Shown: one piece after another, positions 26,500-40,202 of the stretch
Layout of the letters: each line of letters begins with the position of its first letter
How positions within the stretch are numbered: the first letter of the stretch is position 1
DNA from: Octopus vulgaris
Taxonomy: Eukaryota
Length of the DNA stretch: 64,000 nucleotides
Assembly: GCA_951406725.2 (NCBI GenBank)
Contig: OX597821.1
Coordinates: forward strand, 38,254,001-38,318,000
Direction: 5' to 3'
Translations under genes and position numbers: made by a program
Notes under the pieces: generated by a model
Database searches by the model: none
The model's input: the letters and a program-made list of their open reading frames with translations, nothing else
What the model was told of the DNA's origin: nothing

Positions 26500-28400
26500 T
26501 GTATGAGGATCGTTATCTCTTTAGATATTCAATGCAGATAAACAGCATATAGAGATCAAGTATATTCATTCCTAGGGGATAGAATGTAAATCTCATGAGA
26601 TTTTTATGTTATTGCTGCCATAAGATGAGAATATCGAGCGATTTGCCGCCCAGCAACAAAAGTGTCAATAATAAGGTGGATGCTGTTCGCTTTTCACACG
26701 AGATACAAACACCATCCATAATTTCAATGGCGTAAGTTCATTAATATCATCGAAGCTTACTGTAAGAGTAGCAGATAGCAATACACAGGCAGGTTATCTT
26801 CTGGAAGGGATAAAGTTGCCCTTGGAGGGATTTTAACTCAGATGCAAGAATACAAAACTAGAACCTACCAAACCCGGTTCATCTTCTAAATAGGGGAGCT
26901 CTCTTTCTCCTGATACAAGGATTTCACAAAATAAATCGCGATTTTCTGTTCCAATTCCTATGACTGTTCTGGAATTGAATTTTTCCACGTTGGCTTGAAT
27001 AAAACTGGACTTTATCTGTTGATGGCGGTTTGGCATTATTTTGCAAGCCGGGTGATTTAAAGCATTTTCGTATTCACCTTATGACCCTGAGGTAAATGTT
27101 TATTTTTTCCTTTGACTTTTTTATGCTTTATATTTCTGTAAGCATTATATGCTAGTAACTGACAATGGACACATCTGGCGTGGAATGGAGCTCGCTAGAA
27201 ACATTGCAAGAAGGGATACAACATCACGAATTCTGGAACTTTTGGACAAAGAAAGCAAGATATTAAACAAAGAATAAAACAGAAAATATGAGCTATAGAT
27301 ATAATTTAATAGACAGTACCCTCTCGTATGGAGACGTTCTTCATGAAAGAAAAGTTTAATTAATAAAGTACCTATTCTTTTTCGAAAGCTAAACATATAC
27401 CCTCGACGGAGCAGTTACAAGAGACCCTAGCTGACGTATGGTCCATCGATTGCCTCAAACAAATTCGTGCTTTGTTTTTAAGAAGTGAGAAAACGTAACG
27501 AAACGATGTGTCAAACACCTGTCCCTTGACTCCTATTTCAATATATGAGATAGAGAAAACAGTATGGTTACGTCTAGAGATATTAGTACAGACGTTGACT
27601 ATTGGTTCATCAACACCGAAATATGAATAGGTGGTGTGTATAGGGGTGATACTCAACAATATTTAGTTATTGTCTGTATGGATATGCAGGTTCTGATAAC
27701 CCCTGAAAACCCCTAATGTATCCTATAGTTTTACTCCATTGTTTCTTTCTCTTACATTCTAAGTTTAGAATCCTTCTATTAAGAACCCTTAATACTCTGT
27801 GTTGAAGCTATTTACTGAATAGGTTTCCCTATAAAACTATCTTTGCTGGTTCTGAAAAGTTACCAAAGCAAATTGTCGTCTCACAGTTGTCTAATGATAC
27901 GAAGAATCAGTCTTTGACTGACCTACAAAGCTGGAGGAGGATAAACCTAACACGAGGAGACTGAGAAGCAATCGATTAACTCTTGTGACCACAGCAGCTG
28001 ATCACGGCAATTAATCGAAGAGATCGATTCACTGCTTATTCTGCAACTCAAAGCAAAGCATTTCGTATGAATAGTCATCGTTGAATATCGATGGATTTCC
28101 TTCTGGGATGATGGTAATGCTTGTTATTGGAACCGTAATTATCGATAGTAGTAAGGCCATTGCTATATGCTTTGCTATTTTCTTTGGAGCAGGTAATTCT
28201 ATTGGCTCAACTACATTAATTCTTGCCTTATAATTACCAACTCCAAGTCTCCAATCAAATGATATACATTTAGTTAGAGGAGGGAAGCATTACATTCACA
28301 ATTTGTAACTCGCAGTCAAGTGCAGTGGTTGGATCTAATCGAGATTTCCTTTTACCAAATTGTGACAATGTTAGAAATCATTAATTAGTGTGGATAAAGC
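26500..28400 (-). mobile_element. Very degraded LINE, possibly I-clade with RNase H
   Basis: Faint colinear minus-strand remnants: LPAPKK (about 28190), DNY..PI (about 28135), a GVxQG-like stretch (about 27705), a YxDN-like stretch (about 27675) and VGSSFV (about 26865). Confidence 0.35.
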
Positions 28401-30112
28401 TTTGGAGAATATTCCAAACTGGTGAGTTGGCAGAAGAATATCTGCGGAGCAAATATATGTGCAAAGAATGCTTTTCGCTGACAAATCGTTGGAACAGTTA
28501 TTTAACATGATGTATTAGATACAATAAAGAACGAGAAAAAATAATGGAGTCGTGGAGGTTATCAGATGAATTTGATTCACAGAGAAGGTGATTGAGCGGG
28601 ATATGTAGTTACTTGTTTCAGTATGTTGGGCAGTAAGAATTTGTTAAATGTTACCACTACTGCTACTCTTTCAAATGATTGCCATTCTCTTATCGTTTAC
28701 TATTATTACTGGAAAAAATTCGTTTCTATAAGCAACCTATTTTAGAAACTACTACCACCACCACCATCATCATCATAACTACTAATGTTACGGTAAAAGC
28801 ACTTATAATTAAAACTGAATATAATTTTTTTCCTCAGTAAATTTTATTCAGCATAATTTATTTTATTCGCAGAATTGAATATAAGCCAAATTTACGAACT
28901 ATTAACGCCATTTACTGACAACGTTCAACTTATGTTTGGTTCCCTAATTACATTTTAAACGTTTTCTTTGTTGTTGTGTATTTACGTAGTGTTAATTATT
29001 TCACAATCACGAACCAAATGCCAAAGTGTTCGCAAAGTGTGACAAAGTGTCGATATTTTTTTAAACACACCGCTATCATTTTCATCATCTTTCTTTACAT
29101 AACTGTAAAATCAAATAATTACTCTTTAAGAATTTGATTCTAAGCACATCTATTCGACAATCAACATGCTAGGAATAACCATTATTCCTTGAAATTTGAT
29201 AATTGCACGAACTATTAAGCATAAACTAAGAGTTCTATACACAGAAGGAAAATGTTATGGTTGTAGTAATTTCGAAATTCCTTTCAATAAAGCAGGTTTT
29301 ATAAATATTATTTCCCAAAAGATAATTTTCACTTCACGTAGAGGATACCGAATGGAATTTAACATTCTGATTTTCAAGCATTTTTTTGTTGTATTCTTTT
29401 GATATTTTATACCAGAAGAGATCATGGAATTAAGAGGAAAGTGGATGGGATATTATATAACAAACATATTGCGAAAAGACATAAACTAAATGAAAATAAA
29501 TTTTAAAATATAGAAATTGTGTCGTCGAATCGGCTCTGTTGGAGAATACGGCTACTCAGGTGTTCCATGTAGATTCGGGATTTCTTAGACTGGCGCATGA
29601 AATCAAATGACATTCATATAACCTACAGGCAATCCTATACAGGATTATATTCACGTAGGAATGATGTTACATTAATCTTTTTATTCATTAGTCAAGGTAG
29701 TGTGGCACAGTCTAAGTAATGTGGAATTGCTCATCCTTTTTGGGGTTAGGGAAATTGATGGGGTTGGGGTGTCTTGTATAACTGTAAGCTAAACATGATC
29801 GGGGTAGGTATATCTGATGGCTTCTGTTCGCCATAGGAAAGGCTATTTTATGTGAAAACTGGAGGATAGGAATTTAGGGAGAACTAAAGAAAAGGTTGAG
29901 ATTCTTTTGTTGGGTGGGTCACGGGGAGCTAGCACTCATTTTGCTGTTTCAGGGAAATAAAAACCGATAAAATAGTGACTATGCCTTTGTACAGCTTGTT
30001 AAGAACTGAAGGGTAGTGTTATCTGCATGGGAGGGTGAATAGAATAAACAATGAGTGAGTCGTTACTAATTATAACAATTTCGTGCGATATAACGGAATA
30101 ATTTAATATTCC

Positions 30113-30684
30113 AAGGCGGCGAGCTGGCAGAAACGTTTACCCGCCGGGCAAAATGCTTAGCAGTATTTCGTCTGTTTTTACGTTCTGAGTTCAAATTCCG
30201 CCGAGGTCGACTTTGCCTTTCATCCTTTCGGGGTCGATAAATTAAGTACCAGTTACGCACTGGGGTCGATGTAATCGAGTTAATCCGTTTGTTTGTCCTC
30301 TCTGTTTTTAGCCCCTTGTGGGTTGTAAAGAAATAGGTATTTCGCTTGCCATTATGTTCTGAGTTCAAATTCCGCCGAGGTCGACTTTGCCTTTCATCCT
30401 TTCGGGGTCGATAAATTAAGTACCAGTTACGCACTGGGGTCGATGTAATCGAGTTAATCCGTTTGTTTGTCCTCTCTGTTTTTAGCCCCTTGTGGGTAGT
30501 AAAGAAATAGGTATTTCGCTTGCCATTATGTTCTGAGTTCAAATTCCGCCGAGGTCGACTTTGCCTTTCATCCTTTCGGGGCCGATAAATTAAGTTCCAG
30601 TTACGCACTGGGGTCAATGTAATCGACTTAATCCCTTTGTCTGTCCCCTCTGTGTTTAGCCCCTTGTGGGTAGTAAAGAAATAG
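30113..30684 (+). mobile_element. SINE family B with its 174-bp 3' portion in three tandem copies
   Basis: Single head AAGGCGGCGAGCTGGCAGAAACG, then units starting at 30182, 30356 and 30530. Confidence 0.9.
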
Positions 30685-31473
30685 ATAAATCGTATCCTCT
30701 TTTCATAGATTAAAATAGATCTATGTAGAGAGAAAGCTATTTGAATGTTTGGTGCTTATATAGGCTAACATTGGAGAACACCATTGGAAATGAATACATC
30801 TATAGATCGATAACATAGCGACCCCTCATAGGTGTGAAGGATCAGAGATGTTTGCGTAACAGCGTGGCGGGAGCTCAGTTTTGTAGGTTCAGTGTCTAAC
30901 TAGAAAATAGTTTGCAAATGCTAACGTATTATTTACAGCAAAATTACAACTTCTTGTGCCTTTTAAATGGAGTATATCGGGTACTAGACTATTAAAGACA
31001 CTTATGGCAAAAAAACCGAAAAAAACCCCCAGCGAATCCGGTTACTTTTTTGGGTGGTGAAAGGACTTTCTTCACTTCCGTATTACATAGGAAATCTTAT
31101 TAAACTCACGTCATATTGTTTCATTACTGTTTACGTCTTTTGAGAACTTAAATTCTGAAGTTTTTGGTTCCCTATTTAAAGTAAAGTACATTAAATAGCC
31201 AAACCCTTATGAAACCGTTTTTGTTTTTATGAAAACAGATGCTCCTATGAAGACATTTGAGGAATCTTAACTAAAACAAGAACAATATTTAATTTACTGA
31301 TATAAAACAATGACAGCGTGTGTCCTTTACTGAAAAGAATTACACACGATAGTGAATCGAAATCGAGGCGATCAACAATCGCAACCTGAACTCCAAACTT
31401 GTATCATTGGAAGCTTATCTCTTTTAGTATAACACTCTACATTTATAAAATATTGTTTGGTTTAAACGTAGGC

Positions 31474-32732
31474 TATTGGGTTGGCCAAATCGTCTATTCA
31501 GTCTTTTAAGCGAAAATAAGACTCAACCTTTAAACACAATGATATAATTACTGTTTCGTTCCAGTGTTTTCTGCTACATTGTGGGCAGATCCGTTATTCA
31601 CTGTTCAAAAAAGTTCTCCGTTTTTACTGGCGAAAATCCCTCCTAGGTGAATTTTTACACCCTCTTCAGAGTTTAAGGTCTGTTCGTTCAATGAATTTTG
31701 AGGAATCCGAAACAGGTGGAAATCTGAAGGTGCAAGGTCGGATAAATGCAGAGAGTCCTGCAAAACTTCCCAGTCAAGCCCCTGTAACTTCTGCCGCGTA
31801 TTCAAAGAATTGTGCAGTCTGGCATTGTCGAAATGAAAGACAATATCCTTATGATGAGCAAATACTTGACGCTTCAGGCAGACTTCAGCGTTTCGTTTGT
31901 CTAACTGGTTACAATACGCATCCGAATTGATGGTCCTGTGTTTAAGAAGAAGACCGTAAAAGACAACACTCTTCCACTCTCACCAAATTGAAAGCATAAT
32001 CAACTGGTGTTGACTTATTTGTCTGTAACTTGGAAGTTGTTTGTGGTAGTTCACCGCACTTTCCCAAAATCGTTTATATTTCACATTGTTATAGACGATA
32101 CATTCCCCCTTCCCCTGTAACCATTCTCTTCAAAGAAGGATCATCTTTTTCACCTTCTTGCAAGGAATCGCAGATGGAAATCTTCTGGTCGAGGTTAGTC
32201 TCATTGATGTGGGACACAAGCATCGAACCTCCTGACGTAGTCAAGTTGATGCATTCGATTTTGAGAATATCTGTGATCATCCTGGTTGTATACTGAGGGT
32301 AGCTGCCGACCACATCTTTCGTTTCATTGCTGTTAATCTCAGTTGGCCAGCCAAGGAGAGAGAGGTGCATCTTAAACCGAAAAATACCTTGATCGAAGTT
32401 TTGTAAACCATTTCTAGCACACATGTTTCGTAACAGCATCCTCTCCATATGCAGTACATATTTCCCTGCATTTATCCGCTGCTTTCATGTATTTTTAAAA
32501 ATTAAAGAACGCATGAGGTATCGATAATGTACATTTTGGTTCTCCATATTCAGTGTGATCTCAAGCACACAGACTGCAACCTCTCTCGATGCAAGTTCGC
32601 ATCGAACTTCGTTGAAATGAAAAGTATCTAACGAGTGCCCATGCACAAGGGACAGACTGAAGATAGCTACGAATTAGAGTGCTTCAAGTTTAGTGTCAAT
32701 AAAAACCGAACGACTTTTTGGCCAATCCATTT
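31474..32732 (-). mobile_element. Degraded full-length mariner DNA transposon (about 1.26 kb)
   Basis: TRQKLQGLDWEVL...SDLAPSDFHLF (YSPDLAP motif remnant) and KRMVTG(D)E. Inverted ends TATTGGGTTGGCCAAA / TTTGGCCAATCCATTT. Confidence 0.85.
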
Positions 32733-33461
32733 CTATCTAAATTTTTATATTGTTTAACTTCGGACGCCGTTTGAAATTTGTGTGTGTTTTGTTTTCTCGA
32801 GATATTTGATGGTAAACTTATACAACTAAAATATTGCTTTCATCGGAGAATTGAAAAAGTTATTCACTTTAAGGAAATAGATATGTTGACGTGTCATTTA
32901 CAAGAAATTACCTATATAATTGACTTTGATAAGAAATTGAACCTCTGTCAACATTGTTGATGGTTTATATTTTATTTTGATGATACTCGGCTCATATCCG
33001 AACAGATTTTTAAATTATTTGGCGCAAAGAAATAAAGTTGTAATGAAAGGATGCAGACGATGGCAAACTCATCTTCGCCAGGGTTTAAACTGGAAACCAG
33101 AATCTAGAAGAACAAAACTAAACAGTGCGCAGTAATTAATCTGACATTCAATGATATTCTTTCGATTCCCCAATTTCAATATCTGAAATATTGTTATCTT
33201 ATTTGAGATACAGGAATGTTTATTGCGAATACAGCAGTCGACTGAATTTACACCGAAATATTTTTTTATCGTCCCCCCCCCCACTCCCGCTCTCTGAGTT
33301 TAAATACGAAGTTGAACACGGGATGAAATACAATATTGTCTATTTCCTCTTTTTATTATTTCTACTGGCTTGTCTGTCATAGAAATGTTAAATGTTGGAC
33401 AACGAAACGAAAACAAATATTGATACATCGAATGTACACGCACACACACACACAAACTCCC

Positions 33462-33504
<43 letters not shown>

Positions 33505-33518
33505 TACACACACATACA

Positions 33519-33583
<65 letters not shown>

Positions 33584-34510
33584 AATAACTATTGTCGATA
33601 GATTTAATATGTTTATTGTTGGCCAATGGTCAAATATCTCGATGTCTTTAATCAAGACATAACCATAAAATATTTATAGTTTCATATAAATAATATTAGC
33701 GCTCAACGCTATTACAATACCATTAAGTAGGAGGCTAACATCAACAAACAAGCCTGGAAATTTATGTCTGTCGACTGCTTTCATCACCAAAGTATTTCCA
33801 AATATTTTCTCACTAGAAGGAAGTGATGTATTATTCAATTCCTAACTATAATTTATTTTCATTAATTTTTTGTTATCCTTTCTTTCAAGTTCAATTAAAA
33901 TAAATACTTTACGTTTATTTATGATAATTTTAAACGTAAATCAATGCCGATGTTAAAATAATCGTCAAGTAAAATATATTCTTAAGACAAAAATAATCTT
34001 AAACTACATATTAAAACTAGTCTTTATATGTGTTATTTTGAAAATAAATCGAAATCGATGGTCATAGTAAAAACTGGGGAAAGGTGGGAAATAGAATCGT
34101 AGTTCGAATTAGAAGTTTATAGGTAGAAGGGCAGAACAACTTTAAGATGATGTAATATAACAGAGGCCCAGAGACTAAAACCAGCAAGAAAAAAGTACAA
34201 TAGTGTATTCACCTCTCTTCCTAATCTTTGTATATTTATCGATAAATTTGCTGCTCGTTCCAGTATGGTGTTTCTTTATTGATATATCTTTAGTTTAACG
34301 TTAAGTTTGAGGCCAGAATAGGAGACAACATAAACAGTTTTAAACCAGAGTGAATATGAATACAAATAGACACAAATACGTATTGATATACAGACATGCA
34401 TAGATGCATACCTACAACCATACACACATGTGCACACACGCACCCACACATTCACACACACAAACGCACGCACACGTGAATATATACATGCATATACATA
34501 TGAATATATA

Positions 34511-34812
34511 TCTATTATATAAAATCCGTTCTGTCTGTGTGTGTGTGTGTGTGTCTTCTAGGATCTCGGGCATCCTCCATCCAATTGCGTTCAAATTTGA
34601 TATGTAGATACCGCCGATAATAAAATCGTTTTTCTTTAGAATAGAATAAAGTCTATCTTTATTTCTTCCTTTTCTGGTATCTCAAATTTAGGTTAAATCT
34701 GTGTTTCGCAAAGGGGAGGCCTATGGGACGGTCGGACAAGTTGTTTTGAGAAAATTTGGGTTAAATGTTTGACAAATTAGCACCGTCCATTGGACGTGGG
34801 GGCGTTTTGCTC

Positions 34813-34813
<1 letters not shown>
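34511..34813 (+). mobile_element. Short non-autonomous Helitron-like element
   Basis: A|TCTATTATATAAAATC start, (GT)n, CCAATTGCGTTCAAATTTG, 3' inverted repeat CGTCCA-T-TGGACG and CTCG|T end. Confidence 0.55.
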
Positions 34814-34866
<53 letters not shown>

Positions 34867-35118
34867 TTGTTCTGACCCGTTCGAGGTAAGACATTATTAT
34901 TGTTCACTGATATTTTTTCCTATCTTGTCTGTAATGGATTTGTGACTATTCGGTGGTACAGGAGTATTTTTTAACTTCAAGCATTAGCGATATAGGTACT
35001 CATGTAGTACCCTTGTGTATATATGTACATATCTAATATTGTATGTATATATTTTATAAATTAGCCTGTACGGCTAATAATTCGCTTACCACTTGTGATG
35101 GTATTTTAATAATACCAT

Positions 35119-35162
<44 letters not shown>

Positions 35163-35599
35163 AAAAAATGAAGTTCGAAAATGCTGCTGTATTATACAAT
35201 TTTTAATTTTTATATATATACATTATAACATGTTTCAGTTCCTGAAATGAACTTTATCAAAAAAAGTTATATATAAAAAAAGACAGCTCATGCCGTCAAA
35301 CACAAGAAATTCATTTATAATACACAACGGAGTCAGACATCTTAGAGTTCATGTATAGTTGATATATAGTTTGAAGTATATGTTCAAAGTGTTCGATGCA
35401 GTGGCCCACGGTGGCGATACGTATTCAATACAAAAAACAGATCAAAGTGGTGGAAAGCGGTCAATACAGAAGATTGATGTTTCCGAAAGAGCGAGGAATT
35501 CATTTTTACCTTAAGCAAATGTGATGACCCATGGTGGATGTTCGCTGGGTGGTTCTAATGAGTTTTTGTGAAGTGCTCGGTTTTATAATGCCTGTTAGG

Positions 35600-36045
35600 T
35601 GGTCAATTTAGCGTAGCGTGACGTCATCAACGTTTTGACCAATCGTTTCGTTAGGTGGCTTTAGTCAAGTAGAACGGGACGTCATCATTATTTTGACCAA
35701 TCGCTGCATTATAACTGACTCTTGTTTGTTTTCCTGTTTTGACCAGTCGCTTCGTTAGTCAAGTAGAACGGGACGTCATCATTATTTTGACCAATCGCTG
35801 CATTATAACTGCCTCTTGTTTGTTTCCTGTCCTGACCAGTCGCTTCGTTAGTCAAGCAGAACGGGACGTCATGCAGATTCTGCCCAATCACGACTTATAG
35901 CTACATTAGATCTGCCTCCTGTCTGTACTTGTTAGGTGACTATTCAAGCAGAAAAGGACGTCATCAATATTCTGACTAATGACTGTCCCCTGTTTGTATC
36001 CTGTCCATTTTAGCTGAGCTAGACGTCATCAACTTGTTGACCAAT
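35600..36045. repeat. About 93-94-bp tandem repeat with recurring GACGTCA and CCAAT motifs
   Basis: TTAGTCAAG units start at 35661, 35755 and 35848, with degenerate copies on both sides. Confidence 0.85.
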
Positions 36046-36154
36046 CAGAATCGGGTCTGACCCTTAGCTGTATCGTATGTATCAGGGTCAGATTTGCACG
36101 AAAGAATTTTTTTCCCTTTTTTACTTAGGTATATTTCCGATATATATATATATA

Positions 36155-36545
36155 GGTGGAGGCGCAATGGCCCAGTGGTTAGGGCAGCGGACTCGCGGTC
36201 GGAGGATCGCGGTTTCGATTCCCAGACCGGGCATTGTGAGTGTTTATTGAGCGAAAACACCTTAAGCTCCACGAGGCTCCGGCAGGGGGTGGTGGTGAAC
36301 CCTGCTGTACTCTTTCACCACAACTTTCTCTCGCTCTTTCTTCCTGTTTCTCTTGTACCTGTATTTCAAAGGGCCAGCCTTGTCACATTCTGTGTGTCTC
36401 GCTGAATCTCCTCGAGAACTACGTTAAGGGTACACGTGTCTGTGGAGTGCTCAGCCACTTGCACGTTAATATCACGAGCAAGCTGTTCCGTTGATCGTAT
36501 CAGCTGGGACCCTCATCGTCGCAACCGACGGAGTGAAAGAGAAGA
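36155..36545 (+). mobile_element. tRNA(Arg)-like SINE, family C
   Basis: A box TGGCCCAGTGG, B box GGTTTCGATTCCC, TCG in the anticodon position. Inserted in (TA)n. Head shared with 60181-60449. Confidence 0.85.
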
Positions 36546-37399
36546 ATATATATATATATGTTTAAGAGTAAATAGTCTTGTATTGTACACAAGACTGTCT
36601 CTAACGTGAGAATACATTTTAGAATGAAAGTCTTGTTTATTATAATCTGTAAATGGTGGTTTAATTCTGGCAAGGAATTTTGTGCGTGTGATTGTTTATG
36701 CATACATGTATGTACGTATGTGACAGAATTGTTGGTTCAAGGAAATGACAGATTATAACAGATTAAAACCTCAGTAATATTTCTAGAAGTATTAATTATT
36801 ACTAATTGGTTGTTATTAATACTATTGCCATCGCCGAAAACCGGGTCGCTGAATATTCTGAATGAGAAGTATCAAACCTCTAAGTCAATTTAAAACCTAA
36901 ATTTCTGAAACCCTATTTTGTAAAATTTTTCTTATGAATTCTTTTTAAAGCTGAGACTAACAGTAAAGGAATGTTAGGCTTTGATTTCAATAAAAATTGT
37001 CTAAGGGACATATTATCGAATTGCTGTTGGTTCAAGAAGATGGAGTGTTAATACTTCGATTATTCCGTATATTGCCTCTTGCACTATTACAATCGTGTGG
37101 GGAACACATCATAAATAAAGAACATGGTTCGTCGAGCTTACAGCTTGACGCAAGAGTCTCTAGAGCTTAGGTTGAAGAGAGGTGAGCATCCTGCTCAAGA
37201 GACACTGCAGAAATTTGCTGCTTAGCATTCCAAATTATTATGAGACTTATTGTGTCTTCTATCTTCAGAAATATTCTTCCAATATAATGAAATAGAGATA
37301 TTTTACTGTGGAGGCAATGAGAATTAATTTCATCTTGTCTATGTGTTTTTCCCCCTTTTTCAGAAACTAAACATATAAATAAATCGACGAGTTATAAGG

Positions 37400-37657
37400 A
37401 TAACTTCCAAGTTTAAGCTTAATTCCATGAAATGAATGAAATATAAATCTTCCGTTCGCTATGATGTTTATGTGTCTGTTCTGATATTACCGTCTTTCTA
37501 GAAGGAGATGGAAGGCATGTACCATTAAGTCCACTGACATTCACACCAAAATAACTTCCAAGTTTAAGCTTAATTCCATGAAATGAATGAAATATAAATC
37601 TTCCGTTCGCTATGATGTTTATGTGTCTGTTCTGATATTACCGTCTTTCTAGAAGGA
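37400..37657. repeat. 107-bp perfect direct duplication with a 44-bp spacer
   Basis: 37400-37506 equals 37551-37657. Confidence 0.92.
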
Positions 37658-38031
37658 AAAAAAAAGGAAATATACATAGTTTGGTGCTAGAGGAGAGGAT
37701 CGCTTGGAATAAGAAACGATGGAAGGCAAAAATAATTTGTTTGGATTATAGGATCTGAACTCGGGGAAGATGAATACACGTGGTTGGAAGAGTATGTTTG
37801 ACAGGGAGTTAGAAGTTCGTAGTTTGAGGGTTTTATTGAAGAGAGATAAAAGCATTAGTCAAGGCAAGATATACCACTTGTTACAAAATACGAAACCACC
37901 GATCTGTGTGCAATATAAGTACAATCATAATAAGCGTACAGTAATAGTAATACAATAGTGATACTAATACAATAGTGAAAATAGGAACACAGTAATGATG
38001 CTTCATTCATTGATTTAAAGTATTCTTACTG

Positions 38032-38447
38032 AATAAATAAATAACTGTGTTAATGATGGTTTCAAAATGATAGGGAAGGCGTTGAATTATAATTTGGAAC
38101 ATACATACAAAAAGGCATACATCTCTCTATATATAAACGGCAGTTTGTCTGTGCGTGTTTCTGTGTGTCTGTTTTCTCGTACCCTCACCCTGACCACGGC
38201 TTTCAACCGATTCTGATGAAACTTGACACACGCATAGCCCAATGTCATAATTCAAAACTAACGCAGCTGAAAAAATCGATAAATTCGACATGGGGTCGAG
38301 AATAAAAAAACAAACCACAGACTGTCTAGGACGCAACTCAACCTTTTTTTACTCTCAATAAATAAATAACTGTGTTAATGATGGTTTCAAAATGATAGGG
38401 AAGGCGTTGAATTATAATTTGGAACATACATACAAAAAGGCATACAT
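38032..38447. repeat. 91-bp perfect direct repeats flanking a 234-bp Helitron-like 5' fragment
   Basis: 38032-38122 equals 38357-38447. The insert begins CTCTCTATATATAAACGGCAG..GTCTG..CAACCGATTCTGATGAAACTTG. Confidence 0.88.
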
Positions 38448-38539
38448 ACATATATACAAGAGAATACATACCAATTCGTCTGAAGTAAGGTTGAATTTAG
38501 GTTCTTGGGAAGAGAACGCAACTCCTTAATTCATACACT

Positions 38540-39290
38540 ACAAATGACCACGATGTGTGGGACTACCGATGAGACATGATGTTGTAGCTACGAAACTCTA
38601 TTATGAAGTCCGTCGGAAGGATAACCTCGAGGACAAAGAAATAAGAACCCGCATTATGGTAGAAGCCATAGCCACCTATAACAAGGAGTGTGGTGGAATG
38701 TCCCAGTGAAGACCCCAGTAAAATGTAGGCACAACAGACCTGATATGTTTTGGGATGGAGAAGAGAAAATGTGCACTGTTGTGGAAATCAGCTGACCGGC
38801 AGATGTTAACATAAAGCTGAAGATCAGTATAAAAGAGAATACCTACACTGAACTATTGAGAAATCTGTTGTTACTCTGTCCAGATTAGAAGTTCAGGTTT
38901 ATACCTGTAATTATTGGGGCCCTGGGATGTGTAACACACTGCCTAAATACCAATCATGAGAACTTAGGCTTTTCAAAACCAGAAAGGCGAAAGCTAATTC
39001 AAAGACTACAGATCCAATCCATCACTGGAACAATAAAAATCTGTAGAACTTTCCAGACGTTTAGCATTTAAATATATACGAGCATGTCTAGATATGCAGA
39101 TATATGCATGAGAAGACGTACATAAAGCAGAATATACAAATCTTCACACACACATACATACATACAAACAAAAATATCCTGTTGTTGATGTTGAAATTCC
39201 AATGCAGGAGCCTTGGATGTAGATTAGAAACCGGCTTTTTTTTCTATTGGCAAGAAATCTTGAAATAAAACTGCACAATGTCATACATAC
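38540..39290 (+). mobile_element. 3' fragment of an RLE-type LINE (NeSL/R4-like)
   Basis: RHDVVA..., WWNVPVKTPVKCRHNRPD, VVEIS.PADVNIKLKI..KENTY, FIPVIIGALG, then a 3' UTR with AATAAA and (CATA)n. Confidence 0.8.
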
Positions 39291-39363
39291 ATTTCAATAA
39301 GTGTATATATTATGACGTGTGCTCCTGTGTGTGATTGTGCATATGATGTACGCATGTTCCTAT

Positions 39364-39575
39364 TGGAAGAATTGTTAGCGCGTCGGATAAAATGTTTAGC
39401 GGCATTTCTTGCTGTTCATGACGTTCTGAGTTCAAGTACAACGGAGATCAGAATTGCCGATCACCTTTTCAGGGTTGATATAATAAGTATTAAGCGAGTA
39501 CCGGGGACAACGTAATCGATTGACCTCCTCCTTCTAATATTTACCAGTTTTTTTGTTAGAACTTATAAAAAATTA
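39364..39575 (+). mobile_element. SINE family B, degraded
   Basis: GTTAGCGCGTCGGATAAAATGTTTAGCGGCATTTC..ACGTTCTGAGTTCAAG resembles the copy at 30113. Confidence 0.6.
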
Positions 39576-39907
39576 TATCAATATTCATTTCAAAGGAATT
39601 TAAGTTCGATCAGTTCTATGATTTTTATATCTTTTATTCAATAATGCACTTAAAAACAAACAAACATATAATCTTGAATGTGCCTTTTATCGGCTTACGC
39701 ATACATACACATAGACACAAACACGCACACACACACACAGGTTTAGAAAGATAAACGAAATAAAGTAAACTCATTATATAGAGATAAAGTATATTTCACC
39801 TATTAACAGAAAAACTACAAAAATAACTCAAAAACTGCCCATCGCTTACGGAGTTTTACATCCATCCATCCATCCATACATACATATACACATGCATACT
39901 TATATAA

Positions 39908-39939
<32 letters not shown>

Positions 39940-40150
39940 ACATATGCATACATTTATAAACGCACATATGGCTGGGAAGAGATGTACATGTATGGATGTA
40001 TATTTAAGTGCATACGTACACATACAAATAAGCACACACATACACATGCGTTTACAAACTTGTTTGCGATGATTGTTGCAGATTTTCTAGATTACGACAC
40101 TGCAGGCTGCGAACAACTTCAGATGTTATTTATTTCGTAACAATATTATA

Positions 40151-40202
<52 letters not shown>

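Noticed and set aside
30066-30617. 183-aa ORF with 58-aa repeats
   Set aside because: Antisense reading of the triplicated SINE unit (174 bp equals 58 codons).
36157-36232. Apparent tRNA-Arg gene (also about 60372-60447)
   Set aside because: It has A and B boxes but no proper acceptor stem, and continues into a SINE body.
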